From positions 4,094 to 68,093 of the forward strand of contig JBEKYR010000012.1 in the NCBI GenBank assembly GCA_049510745.1: 64,000 nt of DNA, read 5' to 3'. The notes under the pieces were generated by a model. It had not been told where the DNA came from. It was given only the letters and a program-made list of their open reading frames with translations, and searched no databases. Position numbers and translations under genes: made by a program. Positions 25,931 through 33,645 of the stretch are shown piece after piece; within the stretch, counting starts at the first letter, position 1, and every line of letters starts with the position of its first letter. The DNA comes from Verrucomicrobiota bacterium. GTDB lineage: Bacteria; Verrucomicrobiota; Verrucomicrobiia; Limisphaerales; Palsa-1400.

Positions 25931-26713
25931 ATGAAGGTCAATGTTCGCCACCTCAGCCGCCGACGGTTTTTGCTCCTCGCCGTGCTGGCCTCGCCGGCGC
26001 TGGTTTGCGCCGACGCCAAATGGCTTGAGCCGCAGTGGGTCAAGGTGCGCTCCATCAAGTTGACCGGCGGGAAGCCGTCTCATCGGATCATCCATATCAC
26101 CGACATTCATCATAAGGGAGACCGGCCTTACCTGGAATCGGTCGTGCGCAAAATCAACGCCCTTTCACCCGACGCGGTTTGCTTTACCGGGGATTTGATC
26201 GAAAGGAAAGAGTTCGTGGCGGACGCACTGCGCATCCTGGAGGGCGTCAAATCGCCGCTTTACGGCGTGCCGGGCAATCACGATTACTGGAGTCACGCGG
26301 TTTTTGACGACTTCAGAAACTCCTTCGCCCGCACCGGCGGAGCGTGGTTGATGGACTCGCAAGCGACGATCGCGGGCGGGAAAATCCAGATCGCCGGGGC
26401 GACTTGCTTGCGTGGCGCGCCCGCCGCGCTTGCGCCGAGGGCGGGCGCGAAGAACATCTTGCTCTTGCACTATCCGCTGCTGGCAGAACGAGTCGGGAAC
26501 AAGTTCGATCTCATGCTGGCAGGGCATTCGCATGGCGGGCAGGTGCGCATTCCATTTTACGGCGCGTTGGTTTTGCCGTATTGGGTGGGCCGGTACCAGG
26601 TCGGGATGTTTCGCCTTGCGGCGGGGCCGCTTTATGTCAATCCCGGCCTGGGCTGGCTGGTCACGCCGATTCGTTTCAATTGCCGCCCGGAAATCACCGT
26701 CTTTGAAATATGA
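25931..26713 (+). CDS. Exported calcineurin-like metallophosphoesterase (YaeI-like)
   Basis: 'SRRRFLLLAVLASPALVCA' signal. 'IIHITDIHH', 'FTGDLIE', 'GVPGNHDYW', 'LAGHSHGGQVRIP'. Confidence 0.85.
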   Translation: MKVNVRHLSRRRFLLLAVLASPALVCADAKWLEPQWVKVRSIKLTGGKPSHRIIHITDIHHKGDRPYLESVVRKINALSPDAVCFTGDLIERKEFVADALRILEGVKSPLYGVPGNHDYWSHAVFDDFRNSFARTGGAWLMDSQATIAGGKIQIAGATCLRGAPAALAPRAGAKNILLLHYPLLAERVGNKFDLMLAGHSHGGQVRIPFYGALVLPYWVGRYQVGMFRLAAGPLYVNPGLGWLVTPIRFNCRPEITVFEI

Positions 26714-26729
26714 AAGAATGCGCCCTTTG

Positions 26730-26771
26730 GCCTTTAGCTTTCAGCTTTTAGCCTTTAGCCTTTAGCCTTGA
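26730..26771. repeat. Six tandem heptamers (gccttta/gctttca/gctttta), the reverse-complement family of the 17.5-kb repeat
   Basis: gccttta gctttca gctttta gccttta gccttta gccttga. These fill the 60-bp spacer between two co-directional genes. Confidence 0.9.
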
Positions 26772-26773
26772 CT

Positions 26774-27871
26774 ATGGCGGCGCCCATCAATTTGAGCAAA
26801 CTGAAGGTCTTTCCGCTCGCGCAACGCGACAGCCTGGCGCGGTTGGAGGACATTTTGATCGCGCCAGATTCCGCGCCGCCGCCCTGCCCGGCGTCGAAGC
26901 TCGGGGTGATTCGTCAGTGCGCTCGTCATATCGCCCAAGCCCGCAAAAACAAGGCCGGCGTCCTGCTCATCTTCGGCGCGCATCTCATCAAGAACGGCGC
27001 GGCCTCGATTCTTCTGCGCCTCTTGCAAGGGGATTGGGTCACGCACCTGGCCACCAACGGCGCCGGCGCGATTCACGATTGGGAGTTTGCCTTCGCCGGC
27101 GTCTCGACCGAGAGCGTCAAGGATAATGTGGCGGCGGGAACTTTTGGCGCCTGGGCGGAGACGGGCCGCAACATTCACCTGGCGCTGCTGGCGGGCGGCG
27201 TGGCGGGCGAGGGGTTCGGCCGCGCCTTGGGCAGGTTTGTCAGCCAGGACGGCGTCCGGCTTCCGGCCATCAAGACGCTGGAGGCCGCGCTGAAGAAGGC
27301 GCCGGCCCACGCCCTCTCGGCGGCGCGGGCTGAATTGCTTCACGCCATGCGGGTCCATCGCCTGGCCCCCGGACGCCATGTGGTGGCGCACCGGTGGAAG
27401 GAAACCAGCGTGCTGGGGCAAAGTTTCAACCTGAACGTTCCCCTGACGGTCCACCCCGGCATCGGCTACGACATCATTTCCAATCATCCGATGTTCAACG
27501 GGGCCGCGATTGGCCGGGCGGCCGAGGCGGATTTTCGCCTTTTTGGCGGGGCGGTGGAGGAATTGGACGGCGGCGTGGTGCTGTCCATCGGATCGGCCGT
27601 CATGGGGCCGCAAGTGTTCGAGAAGAGCCTCAGTTGTGTCAATAATATAAGATTGCAGGCCGGCCGGCCCGTGGTCCGCGGGCATCACATCTACGTGATT
27701 GACCTGCAGGACGGCGGCGGCTGGGACTGGACGCGGGGCGAGCCGCCCAGGGACAACCCCGCCTACTACCTGCGTTTCTGCAAAAGCTACTCCCGCATGG
27801 GCGGCGTGATGACCAGCCTGCAAGTCGATAACGTCGTCTTTCTGCGCCATTTGTTGCGGGAACTGGGTTGA
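26774..27871 (+). CDS. Conserved hypothetical protein (possibly deoxyhypusine-synthase-like fold)
   Basis: Protein-like composition. 'LLIFGAHLIKNGAASILLRLLQGDWVTHLATNGAGAIHDWEFAF' is reminiscent of the DHS-family pattern G...G......V....T.GA..HD. The function is not established. An alternative TTG start at 26768 lies inside the repeat. Confidence 0.65.
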   Translation: MAAPINLSKLKVFPLAQRDSLARLEDILIAPDSAPPPCPASKLGVIRQCARHIAQARKNKAGVLLIFGAHLIKNGAASILLRLLQGDWVTHLATNGAGAIHDWEFAFAGVSTESVKDNVAAGTFGAWAETGRNIHLALLAGGVAGEGFGRALGRFVSQDGVRLPAIKTLEAALKKAPAHALSAARAELLHAMRVHRLAPGRHVVAHRWKETSVLGQSFNLNVPLTVHPGIGYDIISNHPMFNGAAIGRAAEADFRLFGGAVEELDGGVVLSIGSAVMGPQVFEKSLSCVNNIRLQAGRPVVRGHHIYVIDLQDGGGWDWTRGEPPRDNPAYYLRFCKSYSRMGGVMTSLQVDNVVFLRHLLRELG

Positions 27872-27938
27872 TCTTTGGACCATTTGACATTAGGGGTTGT
27901 TTTTTTTTGTGAAGGGGTCATTATCGCGCCATTCTTGG

Positions 27939-29309
27939 ATGAAAACCGCCTTGCTGATCGACGAGGACCGGGTCATGCGTCACTCGCTGGCTCAGTGGTT
28001 GCGCCAGGCGGGATGGAACGTCCTCGAAGCCGATGAGGGGGCCACGGGCCTGTCCCTGGCCCTGGAACAAAAGCCCGCCCTCATCCTGTGCGATTTGCTG
28101 GCGCCGCTTTACACCGGATTTCAGCTCTGCCGCTTTCTCCGCACCAAACCCGAAAAGCTCCCCGGCACCAGAATCGTCGTCACCGCCAGCAGCGGGTACG
28201 GCGTGGACCGGGAGACGGCCTTCCAGGCGGGCGCCGATGACTGCATGGTCAAACCGATTCTGCAATCCGACCTGCTCCGCCTGCTCAAAACGCTCGAAAG
28301 CGCGCCCGGCGAAACACAATCGACCGCCCGCCCCGCCCAGGCGGAGCGCGGCGCGGGGGATTTTTCGCCGTTGCCGCTCGAAGCGGCGCCCGAGGGCCAG
28401 GCGCTGGTGCGATTCTGGGGTGTGCGCGGCTCCATCGCCACGCCGGGCGCCTCGACCCTGCATTATGGCGGCAACACGGCCTGCGTGGAGGTCCGGGCCG
28501 ACGGCCAGTTGGTTGTGTTGGACGCCGGCACGGGGATTCGGCCGCTGGGCTTGCGCCTGGCGGGGGAATTCAAGGACGTGCCGCTGTGCTTGACGCTGCT
28601 GATCAGTCACACCCATTGGGACCACATCCAGGGCCTGCCGTTCTTCGGCGCGGCTTACAATCCAAGAAACCGGCTGCAGATTCTGGGCTACGAGGGCGCG
28701 CGGGCGGGGTTGCAGGCCGCCTTGTCCAGCCAGATGGAAAGCCCCTATTTTCCGGTCGGCTGGCAGCAATTGCCCGGCAACATCGTCCTGCAAGAACTCA
28801 AGCAGCCGCAATTCTACATCGGTCCCATCCGCGTGGATACCATGTACCTCAATCATCCGGGCGTCTGTGTCGGTTACCGTCTCAACACCAGCGCGGGGTC
28901 CGTCGCCTACCTGCCGGACAACGAACCGTTTCAGCGTTACAAGTATCACGCCGACCCGAAGGCCCAGCACGGTTCGACGGAAATCCTGCAATTCGCGCGG
29001 CGCATGGACCAAAAGCTGGGCGATTTCATCCACGGCGCCGATGTCCTCATCATCGACGCGCAATACGATTTGGAGGAATACCAAACGCGCGTCGGCTGGG
29101 GCCACGGCTGCGTCGATGACGTGGTGGCGCTGGCCTTGAACGCCAACGTCAAACGCCTCTATCTCTTTCACCACGATCCGAGCCACGACGACGCCAAAAT
29201 TTCCAGCATGGTGGAGTGGGCGCGGCAATTTGTGGCCGCCTTGGGCGAAAAGCTGACGGTGGAAGCCGCCCGCGAAGGACAGGAATGCGTTTTGAAGGCG
29301 GCCCGGTAA
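27939..29309 (+). CDS. Response-regulator receiver domain fused to a metallo-beta-lactamase-fold domain
   Basis: REC: 'ALLIDEDRVMRHSLAQWL...ALILCDLLAP...DDCMVKP'. MBL: 'VRFWGVRGSIATPG...GGNTACVEV...VLDAGTG...LISHTHWDHIQGLPFF'. Confidence 0.85.
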   Translation: MKTALLIDEDRVMRHSLAQWLRQAGWNVLEADEGATGLSLALEQKPALILCDLLAPLYTGFQLCRFLRTKPEKLPGTRIVVTASSGYGVDRETAFQAGADDCMVKPILQSDLLRLLKTLESAPGETQSTARPAQAERGAGDFSPLPLEAAPEGQALVRFWGVRGSIATPGASTLHYGGNTACVEVRADGQLVVLDAGTGIRPLGLRLAGEFKDVPLCLTLLISHTHWDHIQGLPFFGAAYNPRNRLQILGYEGARAGLQAALSSQMESPYFPVGWQQLPGNIVLQELKQPQFYIGPIRVDTMYLNHPGVCVGYRLNTSAGSVAYLPDNEPFQRYKYHADPKAQHGSTEILQFARRMDQKLGDFIHGADVLIIDAQYDLEEYQTRVGWGHGCVDDVVALALNANVKRLYLFHHDPSHDDAKISSMVEWARQFVAALGEKLTVEAAREGQECVLKAAR

Positions 29310-29321
29310 CGGGCCGTTTTT
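29299..29321 (+). terminator. Intrinsic terminator
   Basis: Stem cggcccg (29299-29305), loop gtaa (contains the TAA stop), stem cgggccg (29310-29316), then ttttt (29317-29321). Confidence 0.6.
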
Positions 29322-29654
29322 AGGGCTTCCGGGACATTGGCGGATTTCGCGTGGTTCGGGTATTTCGCGGTTGACCCGGTTTGCCCGCTGCTGCGCTCGT
29401 CAGAAAAGGACAATCAAATACGACGATGCCATTAACCAAGCCCTTTATCCTTCACGGTTAGCATATCTGGACGCGGTGTGAAACGAAGCGGCTGCCCTGG
29501 CCTCCAAGGGTTGCTTGAAGATGAACTGTGGCCGGATGAAATTGAAGGAAGGACAGTCAAATACGTCGCCCCTGCGCTGTTCTGCGGACCTTTGAGATAA
29601 TGCGTTGGAGCTTGACTTTGGGGGCTGGCAGCGACATTGTCACAGTACAAGTTT

Positions 29655-29951
29655 ATGCGTACACTCCAAGAACATATTGATGATCTCGACCGTATGGTTG
29701 ATGGCGGCGCTGAGAAACCAAAAGTGCGAAGCCAGATTGCCTTCATTGGGCGCGAGGTAGCCGCGCTTGAGGCAGATTATGCTCGTCTTGCAGAGGCGCA
29801 TTCGAAGCTCCAAGCAACCCATTCTGAACTTGAGGCACAGCACACGGCACTCAAGGACGGGAAGCGCAAGGCCGGTTGGGATGCCCTTCAGAAGCAGGCG
29901 GATGATTATGAGCGAATTGTCCGTAGCAAGGACTTGGACTATGGTGCGTAA
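29655..29951 (+). CDS. Small coiled-coil protein (98 aa), unknown function
   Basis: 'MRTLQEHIDDLDRMV...VAALEADYARLAEAHSKLQATHSELEAQHTALKD' has heptad-like helical composition. It lies in a low-GC stretch. Confidence 0.5.
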   Translation: MRTLQEHIDDLDRMVDGGAEKPKVRSQIAFIGREVAALEADYARLAEAHSKLQATHSELEAQHTALKDGKRKAGWDALQKQADDYERIVRSKDLDYGA

Positions 29952-29981
29952 TAATTATTAGGACTGCTGGAGGACTTCAGC

Positions 29982-30431
29982 ATGAGCGCAATAACACTAC
30001 AACCGTCGAACAAGACAGTGGGAGGCTGGCTAATCGCGCTCATTCTCTGGTTCGGCTTTTGGATACCTGCCGGTGTTCAAGGGGATACGGCGACCATTAA
30101 GATGTTTTTTGCTCCTGTTGTCAACCAGTCTCCAAGGTTGCGCACAGTGTCCAGCATATGCAGTTTGCTGTTATGGCTTACTGCAATTGTCAGCGTTTGT
30201 TCCGCGTACGTTTTGGCTTTCAGGAAGCCAGCAGCCGTCATTATTGCGAAACGCGGCTTGATTGTAATAACGGTTGCGCGGTTGTGCTTAATGGTAGGCG
30301 TTCTACTATTGGCGCAGCCTGCTTTACGGGACATTCCATTTGGTGTTTTGGCTAGTCCGCTGATCTGGCTGGCAATCTGGTACACTTATCTGGTTCGTTC
30401 CAAAAGAGTAAAGGAAACATATGTGCTTTAA
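29982..30431 (+). CDS. DUF2569-like four-helix membrane protein
   Basis: 'GGWLIALILWFGFW' near the N-terminus, four hydrophobic helices, and the C-terminal 'YTYLVRSKRVKETYV', as I recall the DUF2569 pattern. Confidence 0.65.
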   Translation: MSAITLQPSNKTVGGWLIALILWFGFWIPAGVQGDTATIKMFFAPVVNQSPRLRTVSSICSLLLWLTAIVSVCSAYVLAFRKPAAVIIAKRGLIVITVARLCLMVGVLLLAQPALRDIPFGVLASPLIWLAIWYTYLVRSKRVKETYVL

Positions 30432-30533
30432 GACCGCCCTGGAGCCAACGCCGATTGGGCCTTGCGTTCAGTTTTTGGGGCGTTGCGTTTTGTCGCGGTG
30501 TGGCTCAACTGTGGTTTATAACTCTTTGCCACC

Positions 30534-31130
30534 ATGCCACAAACTTTAAGTACAGTGAAGCAGGATGAATTCCTTGAAGACATTGTCCAAACGACGCTGG
30601 ACAATTTCAGCATGGCTTGGCATTTGGTTTCTTTGCTCATTGCCTATAAGAGAGCGAATCTTCCGCTCCCGGCCGCGACAATCTATTTACAGGGTCAAGG
30701 GCCTCCGGCCCATATACCCGGTACGAATTGCGGGTTCTTTGCTATACCCGTTATTCATATGGCGATTTTTGATTGCCGACGCTCTTTGGAGTTTTTCGGT
30801 TTGACATGCAATCACGACACGAATCGGCTAACGGCGATCAGACGCCGTCGCTCCGATGACCTTGGGATTGAACATTTCGCATTAGCTCGGGTGACTCCCT
30901 CGCAGTTCGTTGAGGCAACGTCCACGGTGATTTGTGGTCAAGTTGAGCCGATTGTTGTGGACGTTCACAAATATGGCAACAAGCGCCTTGCACATTCCAC
31001 GATGTCAGAATCCACCGTCATGCTTCCGGCCATTCGTGACATGTCAATTGTCCTGATTGAAGCCCACATGCGACTCCTCTTCGAGGCACTCGGACGGCCA
31101 CGGCCAAGTATCAACCCATCTCCGATTTAA
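30534..31130 (+). CDS. Hypothetical protein (198 aa), no recognisable family
   Basis: Longest ORF in the low-GC islet, with plausible composition. It contains 'VHKYGNKRLAHST', an Abi/HEPN-like R/NKxxAH-type motif that lacks a correctly spaced Arg. Confidence 0.5.
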   Translation: MPQTLSTVKQDEFLEDIVQTTLDNFSMAWHLVSLLIAYKRANLPLPAATIYLQGQGPPAHIPGTNCGFFAIPVIHMAIFDCRRSLEFFGLTCNHDTNRLTAIRRRRSDDLGIEHFALARVTPSQFVEATSTVICGQVEPIVVDVHKYGNKRLAHSTMSESTVMLPAIRDMSIVLIEAHMRLLFEALGRPRPSINPSPI

Positions 31131-31196
31131 AACACACAATCCAAAATGAGGGGTCAAGCCCGGAATTCGCGGTACGTTTACGGGGTCAAATTTGCG

Positions 31197-31508
31197 TCAG
31201 ACGCGCTCATACACGGGAAACAACTCGTCCTTGACGCGGCCAAGAAGCAGCGGATGCAACCGCGAACAAAAATCCACCTTGCGTCCGATGATGGCCGCCA
31301 GTTCCTCGCCATAGCCGAAGTATTGGAAGCCGACGCTTTTCAATACCCCCGGCTCAAATTCCGCCAGCACGTCCACGTCGCTGCGCCGCGGATCGAAATC
31401 CGGGTGCAACACCGAACCGAACAAGCTCAATTTGCGAATACCGCGTTCCCGACAGAAACGCGCGATTTGCTCGCGGTCAATCTGAATGGGCAATTCGGCA
31501 ACACTCAT
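31197..31508 (-). CDS. Nucleotidyltransferase-fold antitoxin (MntA/MNT family), orphan
   Basis: 'IRKLSLFGSVLHPDFDPRRSDVDVLAEF' carries the GS...D.D polymerase-beta-type NTase motif. Start at 'MSVAELP' (cat at 31506-31508). No DUF86/HepT ORF lies downstream. Confidence 0.75.
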   Translation of the reverse strand: MSVAELPIQIDREQIARFCRERGIRKLSLFGSVLHPDFDPRRSDVDVLAEFEPGVLKSVGFQYFGYGEELAAIIGRKVDFCSRLHPLLLGRVKDELFPVYERV

Positions 31509-31594
31509 GCGGACACGGTCGCTGAAATAAGAGAATTTGGCAACTGCTGAACCGGTTCCCTGATCCTCGCGGAACGAAAGGACGGCTGCGGATC

Positions 31595-31733
31595 GGGGAG
31601 CACACGCGCCCTCGCGTGTCGCCATTGGCGCCCTCGCCGATGGCATCAGCAAATTCCATAGGAAGTGTATAAGATTCAAAGATGTGGCCGGCGAGGGCGC
31701 CAGCCACGACACGCGAGGGCGCGTGTACTCCCC
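31595..31733. repeat. Imperfect ~45-bp inverted repeat around a 49-bp AT-richer core (REP/MITE-like)
   Basis: 'ggggagcacacgcgccctcgcgtgtcg' (31595-31621) pairs with 'cgacacgcgagggcgcgtgtactcccc' (31707-31733) with 1 mismatch. The repeat is extended by 'ggcgccctcgccg' paired with 'cggcgagggcgcc' (31689-31701). Confidence 0.8.
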
Positions 31734-31774
31734 TGCATGTTTCGCGCCCGTCTTAGCCGAGGATTTGGGCGGTT

Positions 31775-32710
31775 TTAGAGCGAGGCGAAGATCTTCTCCA
31801 GGAAAATGCGGTTGGCGCGCGCCCCGCCGGTCACTTCCTGGAACGTCCGGCCCCCCGCCCCTTCGACGAAGGTCGGGCCGTTGAAACCGGCTTTCTTCAA
31901 TTCCTTATACACGGCGGAAAAATCGACCTTGCCCGTCCCGAATTGGATCATCACGTCGCCCTTGGGCTGCGCGCAATCCTTGGCGCAAAAGCCGGTCACG
32001 TGCCCGGCGATGGGTTTCAATTCCTCAACCGGGTCTTTGCCGGTGTAATAGATGATGTTGCCGGCGTCGTACCAGATTTTAAAATTGGGCCGGTTGACTT
32101 CCTTGAGGCAGCGCAGGATTTCCCCGGACGCCCCGCTGCCGCCCCCGTGGGGCTTGAGCACCAGCTTGATTTTCCGTTCCTGCGCGTAATCGGCGGCATC
32201 GGCCATCGTCCGGTAAAATTTCCCGTAGTCCTCCTCGTGATCGGCGCCGAAGGTCAGCAGCCATTGCAGGTTCAGGAACCGGGCGTGCTCGATTTGCCGC
32301 CGCACCTGCCGGATGGCGTCCGGCAGCGACAGGGCAAAGTCAATGCGCAGCGCCCCCATCGTCGCCGTCAAACCGGCGGCGGCGACGCGCCTCTTGAGGT
32401 CCGCCAGATAAGTGTCGGTCGCGTCGGCGGCGATGAACGGTTCTTCGGGCATGCTGGTCAACAAGCCCGCCACCGCGTAGCCGGCTTCCCGCATGCCTTT
32501 GAGCGCGGCGTCAAACCCCCAATTCGCCGGTTGCGGAGTCGTGACCGGCTGCGGTTGGTGGCCGAACTTCTGCATCCAGGGCCGGTTGAAACATCCAATG
32601 GGCCAGGAAACCCCCGCCGCGGAAGCGTCCAGCAGACTTATCGTGGCGGTGGCGGCCGCGGCCGCGGCGGATTTGACAAACGTTCGACGGGACAAATTGG
32701 ATGCATTCAT
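31775..32710 (-). CDS. Tat-exported sugar-phosphate isomerase/epimerase (xylose-isomerase-like TIM barrel)
   Basis: 'SRRTFVKSAAAAAATA' Tat signal. 'KIKLVLKPHGG' and 'NFKIWYDAGNIIYY' are typical of AP_endonuc_2/TIM-barrel proteins. Confidence 0.8.
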   Translation of the reverse strand: MNASNLSRRTFVKSAAAAAATATISLLDASAAGVSWPIGCFNRPWMQKFGHQPQPVTTPQPANWGFDAALKGMREAGYAVAGLLTSMPEEPFIAADATDTYLADLKRRVAAAGLTATMGALRIDFALSLPDAIRQVRRQIEHARFLNLQWLLTFGADHEEDYGKFYRTMADAADYAQERKIKLVLKPHGGGSGASGEILRCLKEVNRPNFKIWYDAGNIIYYTGKDPVEELKPIAGHVTGFCAKDCAQPKGDVMIQFGTGKVDFSAVYKELKKAGFNGPTFVEGAGGRTFQEVTGGARANRIFLEKIFASL

Positions 32711-32957
32711 CTTTCAGGCGCGCCATAGTGCCAAAGCGCGGGACAAAGGCCACATTATTCGAATACTTCTATAATTGACAACACGGTATCTCCTCCAGGC
32801 GGGAAGATTGGCATGGCGGATGCTCACTTTGAAGCATGGACACGAAACACGCTGAAAAGGGCAGGAATTGGATGGATTGGGGCAGAGAACGTCTGGATTT
32901 GGGACGTTGCCCGAAGACGCGAGGCTGGGCGGCCACTGGCACTCAGGGGAGGTCACT

Positions 32958-33620
32958 ATGAGTTACTCCATCGTCATGAGCTCCATCGCCGGGGTGCTGC
33001 AATTCATCGTGGCGGGTTATGCCCTCCGTCTGAACCGGCTCTTTGGGACGGCCCGCGTGGGCTGGTCGCTCTTCTGCGCCTTCGCGCTGCTGGCGCTGCT
33101 CCATCTGTTTCAAGCCGTCCATTTGCCCGGTGGCGGAGAGCAATTCCCCCTTGGGATTGAGGTCATCTACTCGCTCATTTCTTTTCTGTTGCTGACCGGC
33201 ATGCTGCACATGGAAGCCTTGCTCAAAGAGCGGCTGCGGCTGGAGCGGGTCGAAAAGGAAGTGCGCTCGGAACTGGAATCCATGGTCAAACAGAAGACGG
33301 CGCACCTGACCAGGGCGATTGAGGAATTGATGCGCGAGATGGATGAACGCGGACGCGTCGAGGCCGAAGTCGCGCAAACGCACGAAAGACTTCTCGCCGC
33401 CTTGCGTCAAGCCACGATGGCGGAGGTCGCCACGAGCGAGTCGCAAAACGCGGGCCTCACGCTGGCCGGCGCTGAAATGCCCGCCCGTCTGGTTTCCGAC
33501 CAGGTGAAGCCATCCAAAATCGCGACTGCCGTCCCATCGTCTTCCCCTGCCGTCCAGGCGCAACGAAAGCGCCCCTCTTGTTGTTCCGCGCCCTGGCATC
33601 GCGCCGGATTGACGTGTTGA
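32958..33620 (+). CDS. Membrane plus coiled-coil protein that looks like the N-terminal remnant of a sensor histidine kinase (no ATPase domain, H-box His lost)
   Basis: Three or four transmembrane helices, then a coiled coil, then 'RQATMAEVATSESQNAGLTLAG...ARLVSDQVKPSKIA'. This parallels the HisKA entry '..AGMAEVATSVLHNVGNVLNS...SLV.D..K.SK' of a PVC/myxobacterial kinase family, with Q in place of the phospho-His. The ORF ends soon after. Confidence 0.5.
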   Translation: MSYSIVMSSIAGVLQFIVAGYALRLNRLFGTARVGWSLFCAFALLALLHLFQAVHLPGGGEQFPLGIEVIYSLISFLLLTGMLHMEALLKERLRLERVEKEVRSELESMVKQKTAHLTRAIEELMREMDERGRVEAEVAQTHERLLAALRQATMAEVATSESQNAGLTLAGAEMPARLVSDQVKPSKIATAVPSSSPAVQAQRKRPSCCSAPWHRAGLTC

Positions 33621-33645
33621 AGGAACAAGGGCGGTTGGTTAATCC

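Noticed and set aside
15601-31200. Calling the low-GC segments (GH51 gene; 23.6-25.5 kb; 29.3-31.2 kb) as mobile elements or genomic islands with defined ends
   Set aside because: No integrase, transposase, tRNA attachment site or convincing long direct repeats flank them. Only compositional evidence and short 7-8-mer motifs exist, so they are reported as findings and not as mobile_element features.
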